Assembly (NCBI GenBank): GCA_032718475.1
Contig: JAUCBJ010007675.1
Span: 1 to 44,076 of the forward strand
DNA: 44,076 nt
Source: Nemertoderma westbladi
Taxonomy: Eukaryota > Animalia > Xenacoelomorpha
Direction: 5' to 3'
Every line of letters begins with the position of its first letter. Within the stretch, counting starts at the first letter, position 1. Below are positions 23,707 to 37,282 of the stretch, in pieces. The translations under genes and the position numbers were made by a program. The notes below the pieces were generated by a model. It did not search any database. It saw only the letters and a list, made by a program, of their open reading frames with translations, and had not been told where the DNA came from.

Positions 23707-24144
23707 TTTTTTTTTTTTTTTAGTTTAACTACACCTTTAATCAAGGTAATATAGTTTAGAGCACAATAATTATGAATAAACTATTATAATTAATAATACA
23801 AACCGCCACCAGAATATTAAATTTAAATTTAAAGGAGCGTAGTGCAAAGTAAAGGTTCGGAGTTTTATTTAGAGGCTAGTTCGGTCAGAGTCGGTGCAGA
23901 TGCACAGTGCAATGCGTGGTAGCGATCACAACAGTTGCCATGGCAATAGAGGCAGATATAGTCTGTTGAAAGTGAGTGGAAAGGCCGGTTTGTTTGGCAA
24001 ATTTTGTGGTGAAAACCGTGAGATGTAAATCTTGTTAATACGTGACGATTGCGCTGTTTAGATAGTTTCCAGGTAGAAGAAGCAAAAGCAGGGCCATTTG
24101 AGTAATTTTCTTGGAGAAAGTTGAGTTCACGGTTGTGGCGGTAA
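23707..24144 (-). mobile_element. 5'-truncated non-LTR retrotransposon (LINE) 3' end
   Basis: A15 tail (T-run 23707-23721). TSD TTTGTGAGTTAGA at 23694-23706 and 24145-24157. Start-less 92-codon frame 24143-23865 (RHVLTRFTSHGFHHKICQ...CLYCHGNCCDRYHALHC...*) resembles Cys/His C-termini of LINE ORF2. Confidence 0.85.
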
Positions 24145-27100
24145 TTTGTGAGTTAGATGGAAACAAAAGAACCATTAGCTTGTTTGTGAGTTAGATGGAA
24201 ACAAAAGAACCATTAGCTTGTTTGTGAGTTAGATGGAAACAAAAGAACCATTAGCTTGTTTGTGAGTTAGATGAAAACAAAAGAACCATTAGCATGTTTG
24301 TGAGTTCGAAGGATACAAAAGAACCATAGCTTGTTTGTGAGTTAGATTGAAACAAAAGAACCATTAGCTTGTTTGTGAGTTAGATTGAAACAAAAGAACC
24401 ATTAGCTTGTTTGTGAGTTAGATGGAAACAAAAGAACCATTAGCTTGTTTGTGAGTTAGATGGAAACAAAAGAACCATTAGCATGTTTGTGAGTTCGAAG
24501 GATACAAAAGAACCATAGCTTGTTTGTGAGTTAGATTGAAACAAAAGAACCATTAGCTTGTTTGTGAGTTAGATGGAAACAAAAGAACCATTAGCTTGTT
24601 TGTGAGTTAGATGAAAACAAAAGAACCATTAGCATGTTTGTGAGTTCGAAGGATACAAAAGAACCATAGCTTGTTTGTGAGTTAGATTGAAACAAAAGAA
24701 CCATTAGCTTGTTTGTGAGTTAGATTGAAACAAAAGAACCATTAGCTTGTTTGTGAGTTAGATGGAAACAAAAGAACCATTAGCTTGTTTGTGATTTAGA
24801 TGGAAACAAAAGAACCATTAGCTTGTTGGTGAGTTAGATTGAAACAAAAGAACCATTAGCTTGTTTGTGAGTTAGATGGAAACAAAAGAACCATTAGCTT
24901 GTTTGTGAGTTAGATGGAAACAAAAGAACCATTAGCTTGTTTGTGAGTTAGATGGAAACAAAAGAACCATTAGCTTGTTTGTGAGTTAGATGGAAACAAA
25001 AGAACCATTAGCTTGTTTGTGATTTAGATGGAAACAAAAGAACCATTAGCTTGTTGGTGAGTTAGATTGAAACAAAAGAACCATTAGCTTGTTTGTGAGT
25101 TAGATGGAAACAAAAGAACCATTAGCTTGTTTGTGAGTTAGATGGAAACAAAAGAACCATTAGCTTGTTTGTGAGTTAGATGGAAACAAAAGAACCATTA
25201 GCTTGTTGGTGAGTTAGATGGAAACAAAAGAACCATTAGCTTGTTTGTGAGTTAGATGGAAACAAAAGAACCATTAGCTTGTTTGTGAGTTAGATGGAAA
25301 CAAAAGAACCATTAGCTTGTTTGTGAGTTAGATGGAAACAAAAGAACCATTAGCTTGTTTGTGAGTTAGATGGAAACAAAAGAACCATTAGCTTGTTTGT
25401 GAGTTAGATGGAAACAAAAGAACCATTAGCTTGTTGGTGAGTTAGATGGAAACAAAAGAACCATTAGCTTGTTTGTGAGTTAGATAGAAACAAAAGAACC
25501 ATTAGCTTGTTTGAGAGTTAGATGGAAACAAAAGAACCATTAGCTTGTTTGTGAGTTAGATGGAAACAAAAGAACCATTAGCTTGTTTGTGAGTTAGATG
25601 GAAACAAAAGAACCATTAGCTTGTTTGTGAGTTAGATGGAAACAAAAGAACCATTAGCTTGTTTGTGAGTTAGATGGAAACAAAAGAACCATTAGCTTGT
25701 TTGTGAGTTAGATGGAAACAAAAGAACCATTAGCTTGTTTGTGAGTTAGATGGAAACAAAAGAATCATTAGCTTGTTTGTGAGTTAGATGGAAACAAAAG
25801 AACCATTAGCTTGTTTGTGAGTTAGATGGAAACAAAAGAACCATTAGCTTGTTTGTGATTTAGATGGAAACAAAAGAACCATTAGCTTGTTTGTGAGTTA
25901 GATGGAAACAAAAGAACCATTAGCTTGTTTGTGAGTTAGATGGAAACAAAAGAAACATTAGCTTGTTGGTGAGTTATATGGAAACAAAAGAACCTTTAGC
26001 TTGTTTGTGAGTTAGATGGAAACAAAAGAACCATTATCTTGTTTGTGATTTAGATGGAAACAAAAGAACCATTAGCTTGTTGGTGAGTTAGATTGAAACA
26101 AAAGAACCATTAGCTTGTTTGTGAGTTAGATGGAAACAAAAGAACCATTAGCTTGTTTGTGAGTTAGATGGAAACAAAAGAATCATTAGCTTGTTTGTGA
26201 GTTAGATGGAAACAAAAGAACCATTAGCTTGTTTGTGATTTAGATGGAAACAAAAGAACCATTAGCTTGTTTGTGAGTTAGATGGAAACAAAAGAACCAT
26301 TAGCTTGTTTGTGAGTTAGATGGAAACAAAAGAACCATTAGCTTGTTTGTGATTTAGATGGAAACAAAAGAACCATTAGCTTGTTTGTGAGTTAGATGGA
26401 AACAAAAGAACCATTAGCTTGTTTGTGAGTTAGATGGAAACAAAAGAACCATTAGCTTGTTGGTGAGTTATATGGAAACAAAAGAACCTTTAGCTTGTTT
26501 GTGAGTTAGATGGAAACAAAAGAACCATTATCTTGTTTGTGATTTAGATGGAAACAAAAGAACCATTAGCTTGTTGGTGAGTTAGATGGAAACAAAAGAA
26601 CCATTAGCTTGTTTGTGAGTTAGATGGAAACAAAAGAACCATTAGCTTGTTGGTGAGTTAGATGGAAACAAAAGAATCATTAGCTTGTTTGTGATTTAGA
26701 TGGAAACAAAAGAACCATTAGCTTGTTTGTGAGTTAGATAGAAACAAAAGAACCATTAGCTTGTTTGTGATTTAGATGGAAACAAAAGAACCATTAGCTT
26801 GTTTGTGAGTTAGATGGAAACAAAAGAATCATTAGCTTGTTTGTGATTTAGATGGAAACAAAAGAACCATTAGCTTGTTTGTGAGTTAGATAGAAACAAA
26901 AGAACCATTAGCTTGTTTGTGAGTTAGATGGAAACAAAAGAATCATTAGCTTGTTTGTGATTTAGATGGAAACAAAAGAACCATTAGCTTGTTTGTGAGT
27001 TAGATGGAAACAAAAGAACCATTAGCTTGTTTGTGAGTTAGATGGAAACAAAAGACCATTAGCTTGTTTGTGAGTTAGATGGAAACAAAAGAATCATTAG

Positions 27101-30100
27101 CTTGTTTGTGAGTTAGATGGAAACAAAAGAACCATTAGCTTGTTTGTGAGTTAGATGGAAACAAAAGAACCATTAGCTTGTTTGGGAGTTAGATGGAAAC
27201 AAAAGAATCATTAGCTTGTTTGTGAGTTAGATGGAAACAAAAGAACCATTAGCTTGTTTGTGAGTTAGATGGAAACAAAAGAACCATTAGCTTGTTTGTG
27301 ATTTAGATGGAAACAAAAGAACCATTAGCTTGTTTGTGAGTTAGATGGAAACAAAAGAACCATTAGCTTGTTTGTGAGTTAGATGGAAACAAAAGAACCA
27401 TTAGCTTGTTTGTGATTTAGATGGAAACAAAAGAACCATTAGCTTGTTTGTGAGTTAGATGGAAACAAAAGAACCATTAGCTTGTTTGTGAGTTAGATGG
27501 AAAACAAAAGAACCATTAGCTTGTTGGTGAGTTATATGGAAACAAAAGAACCTTTAGCTTGTTTATGAGTTAGATGGAAACAAAAGAACCATTATCTTGT
27601 TTGTGATTTCGATGGAAACAAAAGAACCATTAGCTTGTTGGTGAGTTAGATGGAAACAAAAGAACCATTAGCTTGTTTGTGAGTTAGATGGAAACAAAAG
27701 AACCATTAGCTTGTTGGTGAGTTAGATGGAAACAAAAGAATCATTAGCTTGTTTGTGATTTAGATGGAAACAAAAGAACCATTAGCTTGTTTGTGAGTTA
27801 GATAGAAACAAAAGAACCATTAGCTTGTTTGTGATTTAGATGGAAACAAAAGAACCATTAGCTTGTTTGTGAGTTAGATGGAAACAAAAGAATCATTAGC
27901 TTGTCTGTGATTTAGATGGAAACAAAAGAACCATTAGCTTGTTTGTGAGTTAGATGGAAACAAAAGAATCATTAGCTTGTTTGTGATTTAGATGGAAACA
28001 AAAGAACCATTAGCTTGTTTGTGAGTTAGATGGAAACAAAAGAATCATTAGCTTGTCTGTGATTTAGATGGAAACAAAAGAACCATAGCTTGTTTGTGAT
28101 TTAGATGGAAACAAAAGAACCATTAGCTTGTTTGTGAGTTAGATAGAAACAAAAGAACCATTAGCTTGTTTGTGAGTTAGATGGAAACAAAAGAATCATT
28201 AGCTTGTTTGTGATTTAGATGGAAACAAAAGAACCATTAGCTTGTTTGTGAGTTAGATGGAAACAAAAGAACCATTAGCTTGTTTGTGAGTTAGATGGAA
28301 ACAAAAGACCATTAGCTTGTTTGTGAGTTAGATGGAAACAAAAGAATCATTAGCTTGTTTGTGAGTTAGATGGAAACAAAAGAACCATTAGCTTGTTTGT
28401 GAGTTAGATGGAAACAAAAGAACCATTAGCTTGTTTGGGAGTTAGATGGAAACAAAAGAATCATTAGCTTGTTTGTGAGTTAGATGGAAACAAAAGAACC
28501 ATTAGCTTGTTTGTGAGTTAGATGGAAACAAAAGAACCATTAGCTTGTTTGTGATTTAGATGGAAACAAAAGAACCATTAGCTTGTTTGTGAGTTAGATG
28601 GAAACAAAAGAACCATTAGCTTGTTTGTGAGTTAGATGGAAACAAAAGAATCATTAGCTTGTTTGTGATTTAGATGGAAACAAAAGAACAATTAGCTTGT
28701 TTGTGAGTTAGATGGAAACAAAAGAATCATTAGCTTGTTTGTGATTTAGATGGAAACAAAAGAACCATTAGCTTGTTTGTGAGTTAGATGGAAACAAAAG
28801 AATCATTAGCTTGTTTGTGATTTAGATGGAAACAAAAGAACCATTAGCTTGTTTGTGAGTTAGATAGAAACAAAAGAACCATTAGCTTGTTTGTGAGTTA
28901 GATGGAAACAAAAGAATCATTAGCTTGTTTGTGATTTAGATGGAAACAAAAGAACCATTAGCTTGTTTGTGAGTTAGATGGAAACAAAAGAACCATTAGC
29001 TTGTTTGTGAGTTAGATGGAAACAAAAGACCATTAGCTTGTTTGTGAGTTAGATGGAAACAAAAGAATCATTAGCTTGTTTGTGAGTTAGATGGAAACAA
29101 AAGAACCATTAGCTTGTTTGTGAGTTAGATGGAAACAAAAGAACCATTAGCTTGTTTGGGAGTTAGATGGAAACAAAAGAATCATTAGCTTGTTTGTGAG
29201 TTAGATGGAAACAAAAGAACCATTAGCTTGTTTGTGAGTTAGATGGAAACAAAAGAACCATTAGCTTGTTTGTGATTTAGATGGAAACAAAAGAACCATT
29301 AGCTTGTTTGTGAGTTAGATGGAAACAAAAGAACCATTAGCTTGTTTGTGAGTTAGATGGAAACAAAAGAACCATTAGCTTGTTTGTGATTTAGATGGAA
29401 ACAAAAGAACCATTAGCTTGTTTGTGAGTTAGATGGAAACAAAAGAACCATTAGCTTGTTTGTGAGTTAGATGGAAAACAAAAGAACCATTAGCTTGTTG
29501 GTGAGTTATATGGAAACAAAAGAACCTTTAGCTTGTTTGTGAGTTAGATGGAAACAAAAGAACCATTATCTTGTTTGTGATTTCGATGGAAACAAAAGAA
29601 CCATTAGCTTGTTGGTGAGTTAGATGGAAACAAAAGAACCATTAGCTTGTTTGTGAGTTAGATGGAAACAAAAGAACCATTAGCTTGTTGGTGAGTTAGA
29701 TGGAAACAAAAGAATCATTAGCTTGTTTGTGATTTAGATGGAAACAAAAGAACCATTAGCTTGTTTGTGAGTTAGATAGAAACAAAAGAACCATTAGCTT
29801 GTTTGTGATTTAGAATGAAACAAAAGAACCATTAGCTTGTTTGTGAGTTAGATGGAAACAAAAGAATCATTAGCTTGTTTGTGATTTAGATGGAAACAAA
29901 AGAACCATTAGCTTGTTTGTGAGTTAGATAGAAACAAAAGAACCATTAGCTTGTTTGTGAGTTAGATGGAAACAAAAGAATCATTAGCTTGTTTGTGATT
30001 TAGATGGAAACAAAAGAACCATTAGCTTGTTTGTGAGTTAGATAGAAACAAAAGAACCATTAGCTTGTTTGTGAGTTAGATGGAAACAAAAGAATCATTA

Positions 30101-33100
30101 GCTTGTTTGTGATTTAGATGGAAACAAAAGAACCATTAGCTTGTTTGTGAGTTAGATAGAAACAAAAGAACCATTAGCTTGTTTGTGATTTAGATGGAAA
30201 CAAAAGAACCATTAGCTTGTTTGTGAGTTAGATGGAAACAAAAGAACCATTAGCTTGTTTGTGAGTAAGATGGAAACAAAAGAACCATTAGCTTGTTTGT
30301 GAGTTAGATGGAAACAAAAGAACCATTAGCTTGTTGGTGAGTTAGATGGAAACAAAGAACCATTAGCTTGTTGGTGAGTTAGATGGAAACAAAAGAACCA
30401 TTAGCTTGTTTGTGATTTAGATGGAAACAAAAGAACCATTAGCTTGTTGGTGAGTTAGATGGAAACAAAAGAACCTTTAGCTTGTTTGTGAGTTAGATAG
30501 AAACAAAAGAACCATTAGCTTGTTTGTGATTTAGATGGAAACAAAAGAACCATTAGCTTGTTGGTGAGTTAGATGGAAACAAAAGAACCTTTAGCTTGTT
30601 GGTGAGTTAGATGGAAACAAAAGAACCTTTAGCTTGTTTCTGAGTAAGATGGAAACAAAAGAACCATTAGCTTGTTTGTGAGTTAGATGGAAACAAAAGA
30701 ACCATTAGCTTGTTGGTGAGTTAGATGGAAACAAAAGAACCATTAGCTTGTTGGTGAGTTAGATGGAAACAAAAGAACCTTTAGCTTGTTTCTGAGTAAG
30801 ATGGAAACAAAAGAACCATTAGCTTGTTTGTGAGTTAGATGGAAACAAAAGAACCATTAGCTTGTTTGTGAGTTAGATGGAAACAAAAGAACCATTAGCT
30901 TGTTTGTGAGTTAGATGGAAACAAAAGAACCATTAGCTTGTTGGTGAGTTAGATGGAAACAAAAGAACCTTTAGCTTGTTTGTGAGTTAGATGGAAACAA
31001 AAGAACCTTTAGCTTGTTTGTGAGTAAGATGGAAACAAAAGAACCATTAGCTTGTTTGTGAGTTAGATGAAAACAAAAGAACCATTAGCTTGTTGGTGAG
31101 TTAGATGGAAACAAAAGAACCATTAGCTTGTTGGTGAGTTAGATGGAAACAAAAGAACCTTTAGCTTGTTTCTGAGTAAGATGAAAACAAAAGAACCATT
31201 AGCTTGTTTGTGAGTTAGATGGAAACAAAAGAACCATTAGCTTGTTTGTGAGTTAGATGGAAACAAAAGAACCATTAGCTTGTTTGTGAGTTAGATGGAA
31301 ACAAAAGAACCATTAGCTTGTTGGTGAGTTAGATGGAAACAAAAGAACCATTAGCTTGTTGGTGAGTTAGATGGAAACAAAAGAACCTTTAGCTTGTTTC
31401 TGAGTAAGATGGAAACAAAAGAACCATTAGCTTGTTTGTGAGTTAGATGGAAACAAAAGAACCATTAGCTGGTTTGTGAGTTAGATGGAAACAAAAGAAC
31501 CATTAGCTTGTTGGTGAGTTAGATGGAAACAAAAGAACCTTTAGCTTGTTGGTGAGTTAGATGGAAACAAAAGAACCTTTAGCTTGTTTGTGAGTAAGAT
31601 GGAAACAAAAGAACCATTAGCTTGTTTGTGAGTTAGATGAAAACAAAAGAACCATTAGCTTGTTTGTGAGTTAGATGGAAACAAAATAACCATTAGCTTG
31701 TTTGTGGGTTAGATGGAAACAAAAGAACCTTTAGCTTGTTTGTGAGTTAGATGGAAACAAAAGAACCTTTAGCTTGTTTGTGAGTTAGATGGAAACAAAA
31801 GAACCATTAGCTTGTTTGTGAATTAGATGGAAACAAAAGAACCATTAGCTTGTTTGTGAGTTAGATGGAAACAAAAGAACCATTAGCTTGTTTGTGAGTT
31901 AGATGGAAACAAAAGAACCATTAGCTTGTTGGTGAGTTAGATGGAAACAAAAGAACCATTAGCTTGTTTGTGAGTAAGATGGAAACAAAAGAACCATTAG
32001 CTTGTTTGTGAGTTAGATGGAAACAAAAGAACCATTAGCTTGTTTGTGAGTTAGATGGAAACAAAAGAACCATTAGCTTGTTGGTGAGTTAGATGGAAAC
32101 AAAGAACCATTAGCTTGTTGGTGAGTTAGATTGAAACAAAAGAACCTTTAGCTTGTTGGTGAGTAAGATGGAAACAAAAGAACCATTAGCTTGTTTGTGA
32201 GCTAGATGGAAACAAAAGAACCATTAGCTTGTTGGTGAGTTAGATGGAAACAAAGAACCATTAGCTTGTTGGTGAGTTAGATGGAAACAAAGAACCATTA
32301 GCTTGTTGGTGAGTTAGATGGAAACAAAATAACCATTAGCTTGTTTGTGGGTTAGATGGAAACAAAAGAACCTTTAGCTTGTTTGTGAGTTAGATGGAAA
32401 CAAAAGAACCATTAGCTTGTTTGTGAGTTAGATGGAAACAAAACAACCATTAGCTTGTTGGTGAGTTAGATGGAAACAAAGAACCATTAGCTTGTTGGTG
32501 AGTTAGATGGAAACAAAATAACCATTAGCTTGTTTGTGGGTTAGATGGAAACAAAAGAACCTTTAGCTTGTTTGTGAGTTAGATGGAAACAAAAGAACCA
32601 TTAGCTTGTTTGTGAGTTAGATGGAAACAAAAGAACCATTAGCTTGTTTGTGAGTTAGATGGAAACAAAAGAACCATTAGCTTGTTTGTGAGTTAGATGG
32701 AAACAAAAGAACCATTAGCTTGTTGGTGAGTTAGATGGAAACAAAAGAACCATTAGCTTGTTTGTGAGTTAGATGGAAACAAAAGAACCATTAGCTTGTT
32801 TGTGAGTAGGATGAAAACAAAAGAACTATTAGCTTGTTGTTGAGTTAGATGGAAACAAAAGAACCATTAGCTTGTTTGTGAGTTAGATGGAAACAAAAGA
32901 ACCATTAGCTTGTTTGTGAGTTAGATGGAAACAAAAGAACCATTAGCTTGTTGGTGAGTTAGATGGAAACAAAAGAACCATTAGCTTGTTTGTGGGTTAG
33001 ATGGAAACAAAAGAACCTTTAGCTTGTTGGTGAGTTAGATTGAAACAAAAGAACCATTAGCTTGTTTGTGAGTTAGATGGAAACAAAAGAACCATTAGCT

Positions 33101-35727
33101 TGTTTGTGGGTTAGATGGAAACAAAAGAACCTTTAGCTTGTTGGTGAGTTAGATTGAAACAAAAGAACCATTAGCTTGTTTGTGAGTTAGATGGAAACAA
33201 AAGAACCATTAGCTTGTTTGTGAGTTAGATGGAAACAAAAGAACCATTAGCTTGTTGGTGAGTTAGATGGAAACAAAAGAACCATTAGCTTGTTTGTGGG
33301 TTAGATGGAAACAAAAGAACCTTTAGCTTGTTGGTGAGTTAGATTGAAACAAAAGAACCATTAGCTTGTTTGTGAGTTAGAAGGATACAAAAGAACCATT
33401 AGCTTGTTGGTGAGTTAGATGGAAACAAAAGAACCATTAGCTTGTTTGTGAGTTAGATGGAAACAAAAGAACCATTAGCTTGTTGGTGAGTTAGATGGAA
33501 ACAAAAGAACCATTAGCTTGTTTGTGGGTTAGATGGAAACAAAAGAACCTTTAGCTTGTTGGTGAGTTAGATTGAAACAAAAGAACCATTAGCTTGTTTG
33601 TGAGTTAGATGGAAACAAAAGAACCATTAGCTTGTTTGTGAGTAAGATGGAAACAAAAGAACCATTAGCTTGTTTGTGAGTTAGAAGGAAACAAAATAAC
33701 TATTATGGTTTGTGAGTTAGATGGAAACAAAAGAACCATTAGCTTGTTGGTGAGTTAGATGGAAACAAAGAACCATTAGCTTGTTGGTGAGTTAGATGGA
33801 AACAAAAGAACCATTAGCTTGTTTGTGATTTAGATGGAAACAAAAGAACCATTAGCTTGTTGGTGAGTTAGATTGAAACAAAAGAACCATTAGCTTGTTG
33901 GTGAGTTAGATGGAAACAAAAGAACCATTAGCTTGTTTGTGGGTTAGATGGAAACAAAAGAACCTTTAGCTTGTTGGTGAGTTAGATTGAAACAAAAGAA
34001 CCATTAGCTTGTTTGTGAGTTAGAAGGATACAAAAGAACCATTAGCTTGTTTGTGAGTTAGAAGGAAACAAAATAACTATTATGGTTTGTGAGTTAGATG
34101 GAAACAAAAGAACCATTAGCTTGTTTGTGATTTAGATGGAAACAAAAGAACCATTAGCTTGTTTGTGAGTTAGATGGAAACAAAAGAACCATTAGCTTGT
34201 TTGTGATTTAGATGGAAACAAAAGAACCATTAGCTTGTTTGTGAGTTAGAAGGATACAAAAGAACCATTAGCTTGTTGGTGAGTTAGATGGAAACAAAAG
34301 AACCATTAGCTTGTTTGTGGGTTAGATGGAAACAAAAGAACCTTTAGCTTGTTTGTGGGTTAGATGGAAACAAAAGAACCTTTAGCTTGTTTGTGGGTTA
34401 GATGGAAACAAAAGAACCTTTAGCTTGTTTGTGGGTTAGATGGAAACAAAAGAACCTTTAGCTTGTTTGTGGGTTAGATGGAAACAAAAGAACCTTTAGC
34501 TTGTTGGTGAGTTAGATTTAAACAAAAGAACCATTAGCTTGTTTGTGAGTTAGAAGGATACAAAAGAACCATTAGCTTGTTTGTGAGTTAGAAGGAAACA
34601 AAATAACTATTATGGTTTGTGAGTTAGATGGAAACAAAAGAACCATTAGCTTGTTGGTGAGTTAGATGGAAACAAAAGAACCATTAGCTTGTTGGTGAGT
34701 TAGATGGAAACAAAAGAACCATTAGCTTGTTTGTGAGTTAGAAGGATACAAAAGAACCATTAGCTTGTTTGTGAGTTAGAAGGAAACAAAATAACTATTA
34801 TGGTTTGTGAGTTAGATGGAAACAAAAGAACCATTAGCTTGTTTGTGAGTTAGATGGAAACAAAAGAACCATTAGCTTGTTTGTGAGTTAGATGGAAACA
34901 AAAGAACCATTAGCTTGTTTGTGAGTTAGATGGAAACAAAAGAACCATTAGCTTGTTTGTGAGTTAGATGGAAACAAAAGAACCATTAGCTTGTTTGTGA
35001 GTTAGATGGAAACAAAAGAACCATTAGCTTGTTTGTGAGTTAGATGGAAACAAAAGAATCATTAGCTTGTTTGTGAGTTAGATGGAAACAAAAGAACCAT
35101 TAGCTTGTTTGTGAGTTAGATTGAAACAAAAGAACCATTAGCTTGTTGGTGAGTTAGATTGAAACAAAAGAACCATTAGCTTGTTTGTGAGTTAGATGGA
35201 AACAAAAGAACCATTAGCTTGTTTGTGAGTTAGATGGAAACAAAAGAACCATTAGCTTGTTTGTGAGTTAGATTGAAACAAAAGAACCATTAGCTTGTTG
35301 GTGAGTTAGATTGAAACAAAAGAACCATTAGCTTGTTTGTGAGTTAGATGGAAACAAAAGAACCATTAGCTTGTTTGTGAGTTAGATGGAAACAAAAGAA
35401 TCATTAGCTTGTTTGTGAGTTAGATGGAAACAAAAGAACCATTAGCTTGTTTGTGAGTTAGATTGAAACAAAAGAACCATTAGCTTGTTGGTGAGTTAGA
35501 TTGAAACAAAAGAACCATTAGCTTGTTTGTGAGTTAGATGGAAACAAAAGAACCATTAGCTTGTTTGTGAGTTAGATGGAAACAAAAGAACCATTAGCTT
35601 GTTTGTGAGTTAGATTGAAACAAAAGAACCATTAGCTTGTTGGTGAGTTAGATTGAAACAAAAGAACCATTAGCTTGTTTGTGAGTTAGATGGAAACAAA
35701 AGAACCATTAGCTTGTTTGTGAGTTAG
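24145..35727 (+). repeat. 38-bp satellite, ~305 copies, probably intronic
   Basis: Unit GATGGAAACAAAAGAACCATTAGCTTGTTTGTGAGTTA; an orphan partial unit lies at 23681-23706. Confidence 0.98.
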
Positions 35728-35822
35728 CCAGGGCAACAAACTCACTGTAAGACGTATAGTTTATTCCAACACCACCACAGCGACCACTGCCACAGTTGGT
35801 TAGAAAGTAAGATTGGACCAAC

Positions 35823-35924
35823 CTTGTGCTGCAGCATCTGAACTTCCACCTTGTTGGTTGGTGACTGAACCAACACCTCCCCTACATTGTTCGCTATTGT
35901 TTCCACGGCTACCGTTTTTGATGT
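35823..35924 (-). CDS. Probable exon (DIKNGSRGNNSEQCRGGVGSVTNQQGGSSDAAAQ)
   Basis: TCTTGCAG acceptor, open phase-1 frame, AG|GTTGGT donor. The donor choice is uncertain because a GTGAGT also lies at 35745-35740. Confidence 0.5.
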
Positions 35925-36772
35925 CTGCAAGATAACGTTTGTAATAACATCTACTACTACATATCCTAATATGCTGTACTACTATACTATCTACTATGCT
36001 GCATTATATATATTCTACATAAATATTAAGAATGCTGTGCCGGTTTGTCGACAAAATTGACAAAATAGCTATGTAATAACTTTGTAATAACTTTGTAATA
36101 ACTATCTTCTGAATAAAATTACGTCATTCTCCAACCAAAAGTCGTAATAAAAACCGTAAAAACACCTGTTAAAAATATAAGTTATCGCCACTCACGAGGT
36201 AGAAATAGTTATAATAATAATTATAATATATTTTAGCAAAAAGTTTCAACAAAAACTGTAATATGGAGACATTTTTAAGAATAAAGATAAAGTTATTATT
36301 TTGAAACAACAAATGTTATATTTTGTCATCAAATACTTATTAGGTGAGTAATGGAAGTGCTGCAAGTAACGAATATTACAGACTAATTTAGCCGAGGATG
36401 TGTCTAAACTTATCGATGTGAGTAAAATGAGATTGTCTCTAACGGAGTTTACAACGTATCCGTCTATGTATATACTGAAGTAGATGGACATCAAACACAA
36501 GGGCTTCATAGACTAGATTAAAGCAACTCAACAAAGTAACATTGATAAACGTATAAATAGGAGATGACATCAATTAAATGCGCATTAATTTTACTCTGTG
36601 CATTCATTTTAATTACACGAACTTCAAACATAAACATACAAAACAAAATGACACTGATAAAACTGAATAGTAAAAGCAATAAAGGGTCAATATGTATATT
36701 ATAAAAAATGCTCAACAAAAGAGTTTGTCAAGGTAAACAACAGACTCTGAATATTAAATTCTACAAGCTTAC

Positions 36773-36809
36773 CTTCTAAAGATATTTGGCTAAGTGCTGT
36801 ATCCATACC
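36773..36809 (-). CDS. Probable 37-bp micro-exon (GMDTALSQISLE)
   Basis: CCTTGCACCAG acceptor and AG|GTAAGC donor. Phase 0 in, phase 1 out, compatible with flanking exons. Confidence 0.6.
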
Positions 36810-37178
36810 CTGGTGCAAGGAATATAATATTTGTAGTATATTTTAATTTCAGCAAATATGATATTTTTATTTTAAAGTTTTTAAAAGTTATAAATATTTA
36901 GAAATTCACACACAATTTACAAATTCGATTTTGATAGTATTTATAAATATACTTGAAGTGTGAATGTGACTTGTTTTTATTCAAACCACCAAATATTACG
37001 GTAGCCACAGAACAGAACGTCAAATAGTAAACGGTAACAATAAATATAATATTACGGAACACATTTACGGGATAATTAATATTATAGCCCAGTACCGAAC
37101 AAAAAGATTACGCGAACGTTGAGAAAGTTACAGACAATAAAAGGCCAACTACAACTATAATAAAACAGTAATACCCAC

Positions 37179-37282
37179 CTTAACAGGGGAGGAATTACTT
37201 GGCTCAGCGGTGGCGTAAAGTGGACCAAACGAGGTCATAGTGTTTCGGGATCTGCCGCTTGGGTCGTACTGCAAACCTCTAC
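37179..37282 (-). CDS. Probable RGS12-like linker exon (RGLQYDPSGRSRNTMTSFGPLYATAEPSNSSPVK)
   Basis: GC-richer island with TAG acceptor and AAG|GTGGGT donor. Open frame; phase 1 in, phase 0 out, compatible with neighbours. Confidence 0.65.

Noticed and set aside
24145-35727. CRISPR-like array (28-, 38- and 53-bp repeats)
   Set aside because: Units are head-to-tail without unique spacers, there are no cas genes, and the context is eukaryotic.
35742-35930. 62-aa ORF frame (TSKTVAVET...WQWSLWWCW) as the exon frame
   Set aside because: The phase is incompatible with the upstream phase-1 exon and the composition is implausible; the alternative frame is preferred.
36246-36509. ORF or possible exon (DGYVVNSVRDNL...)
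   Set aside because: A phase-1 acceptor is possible but there is no good donor; the sequence is AT-rich with no homology.
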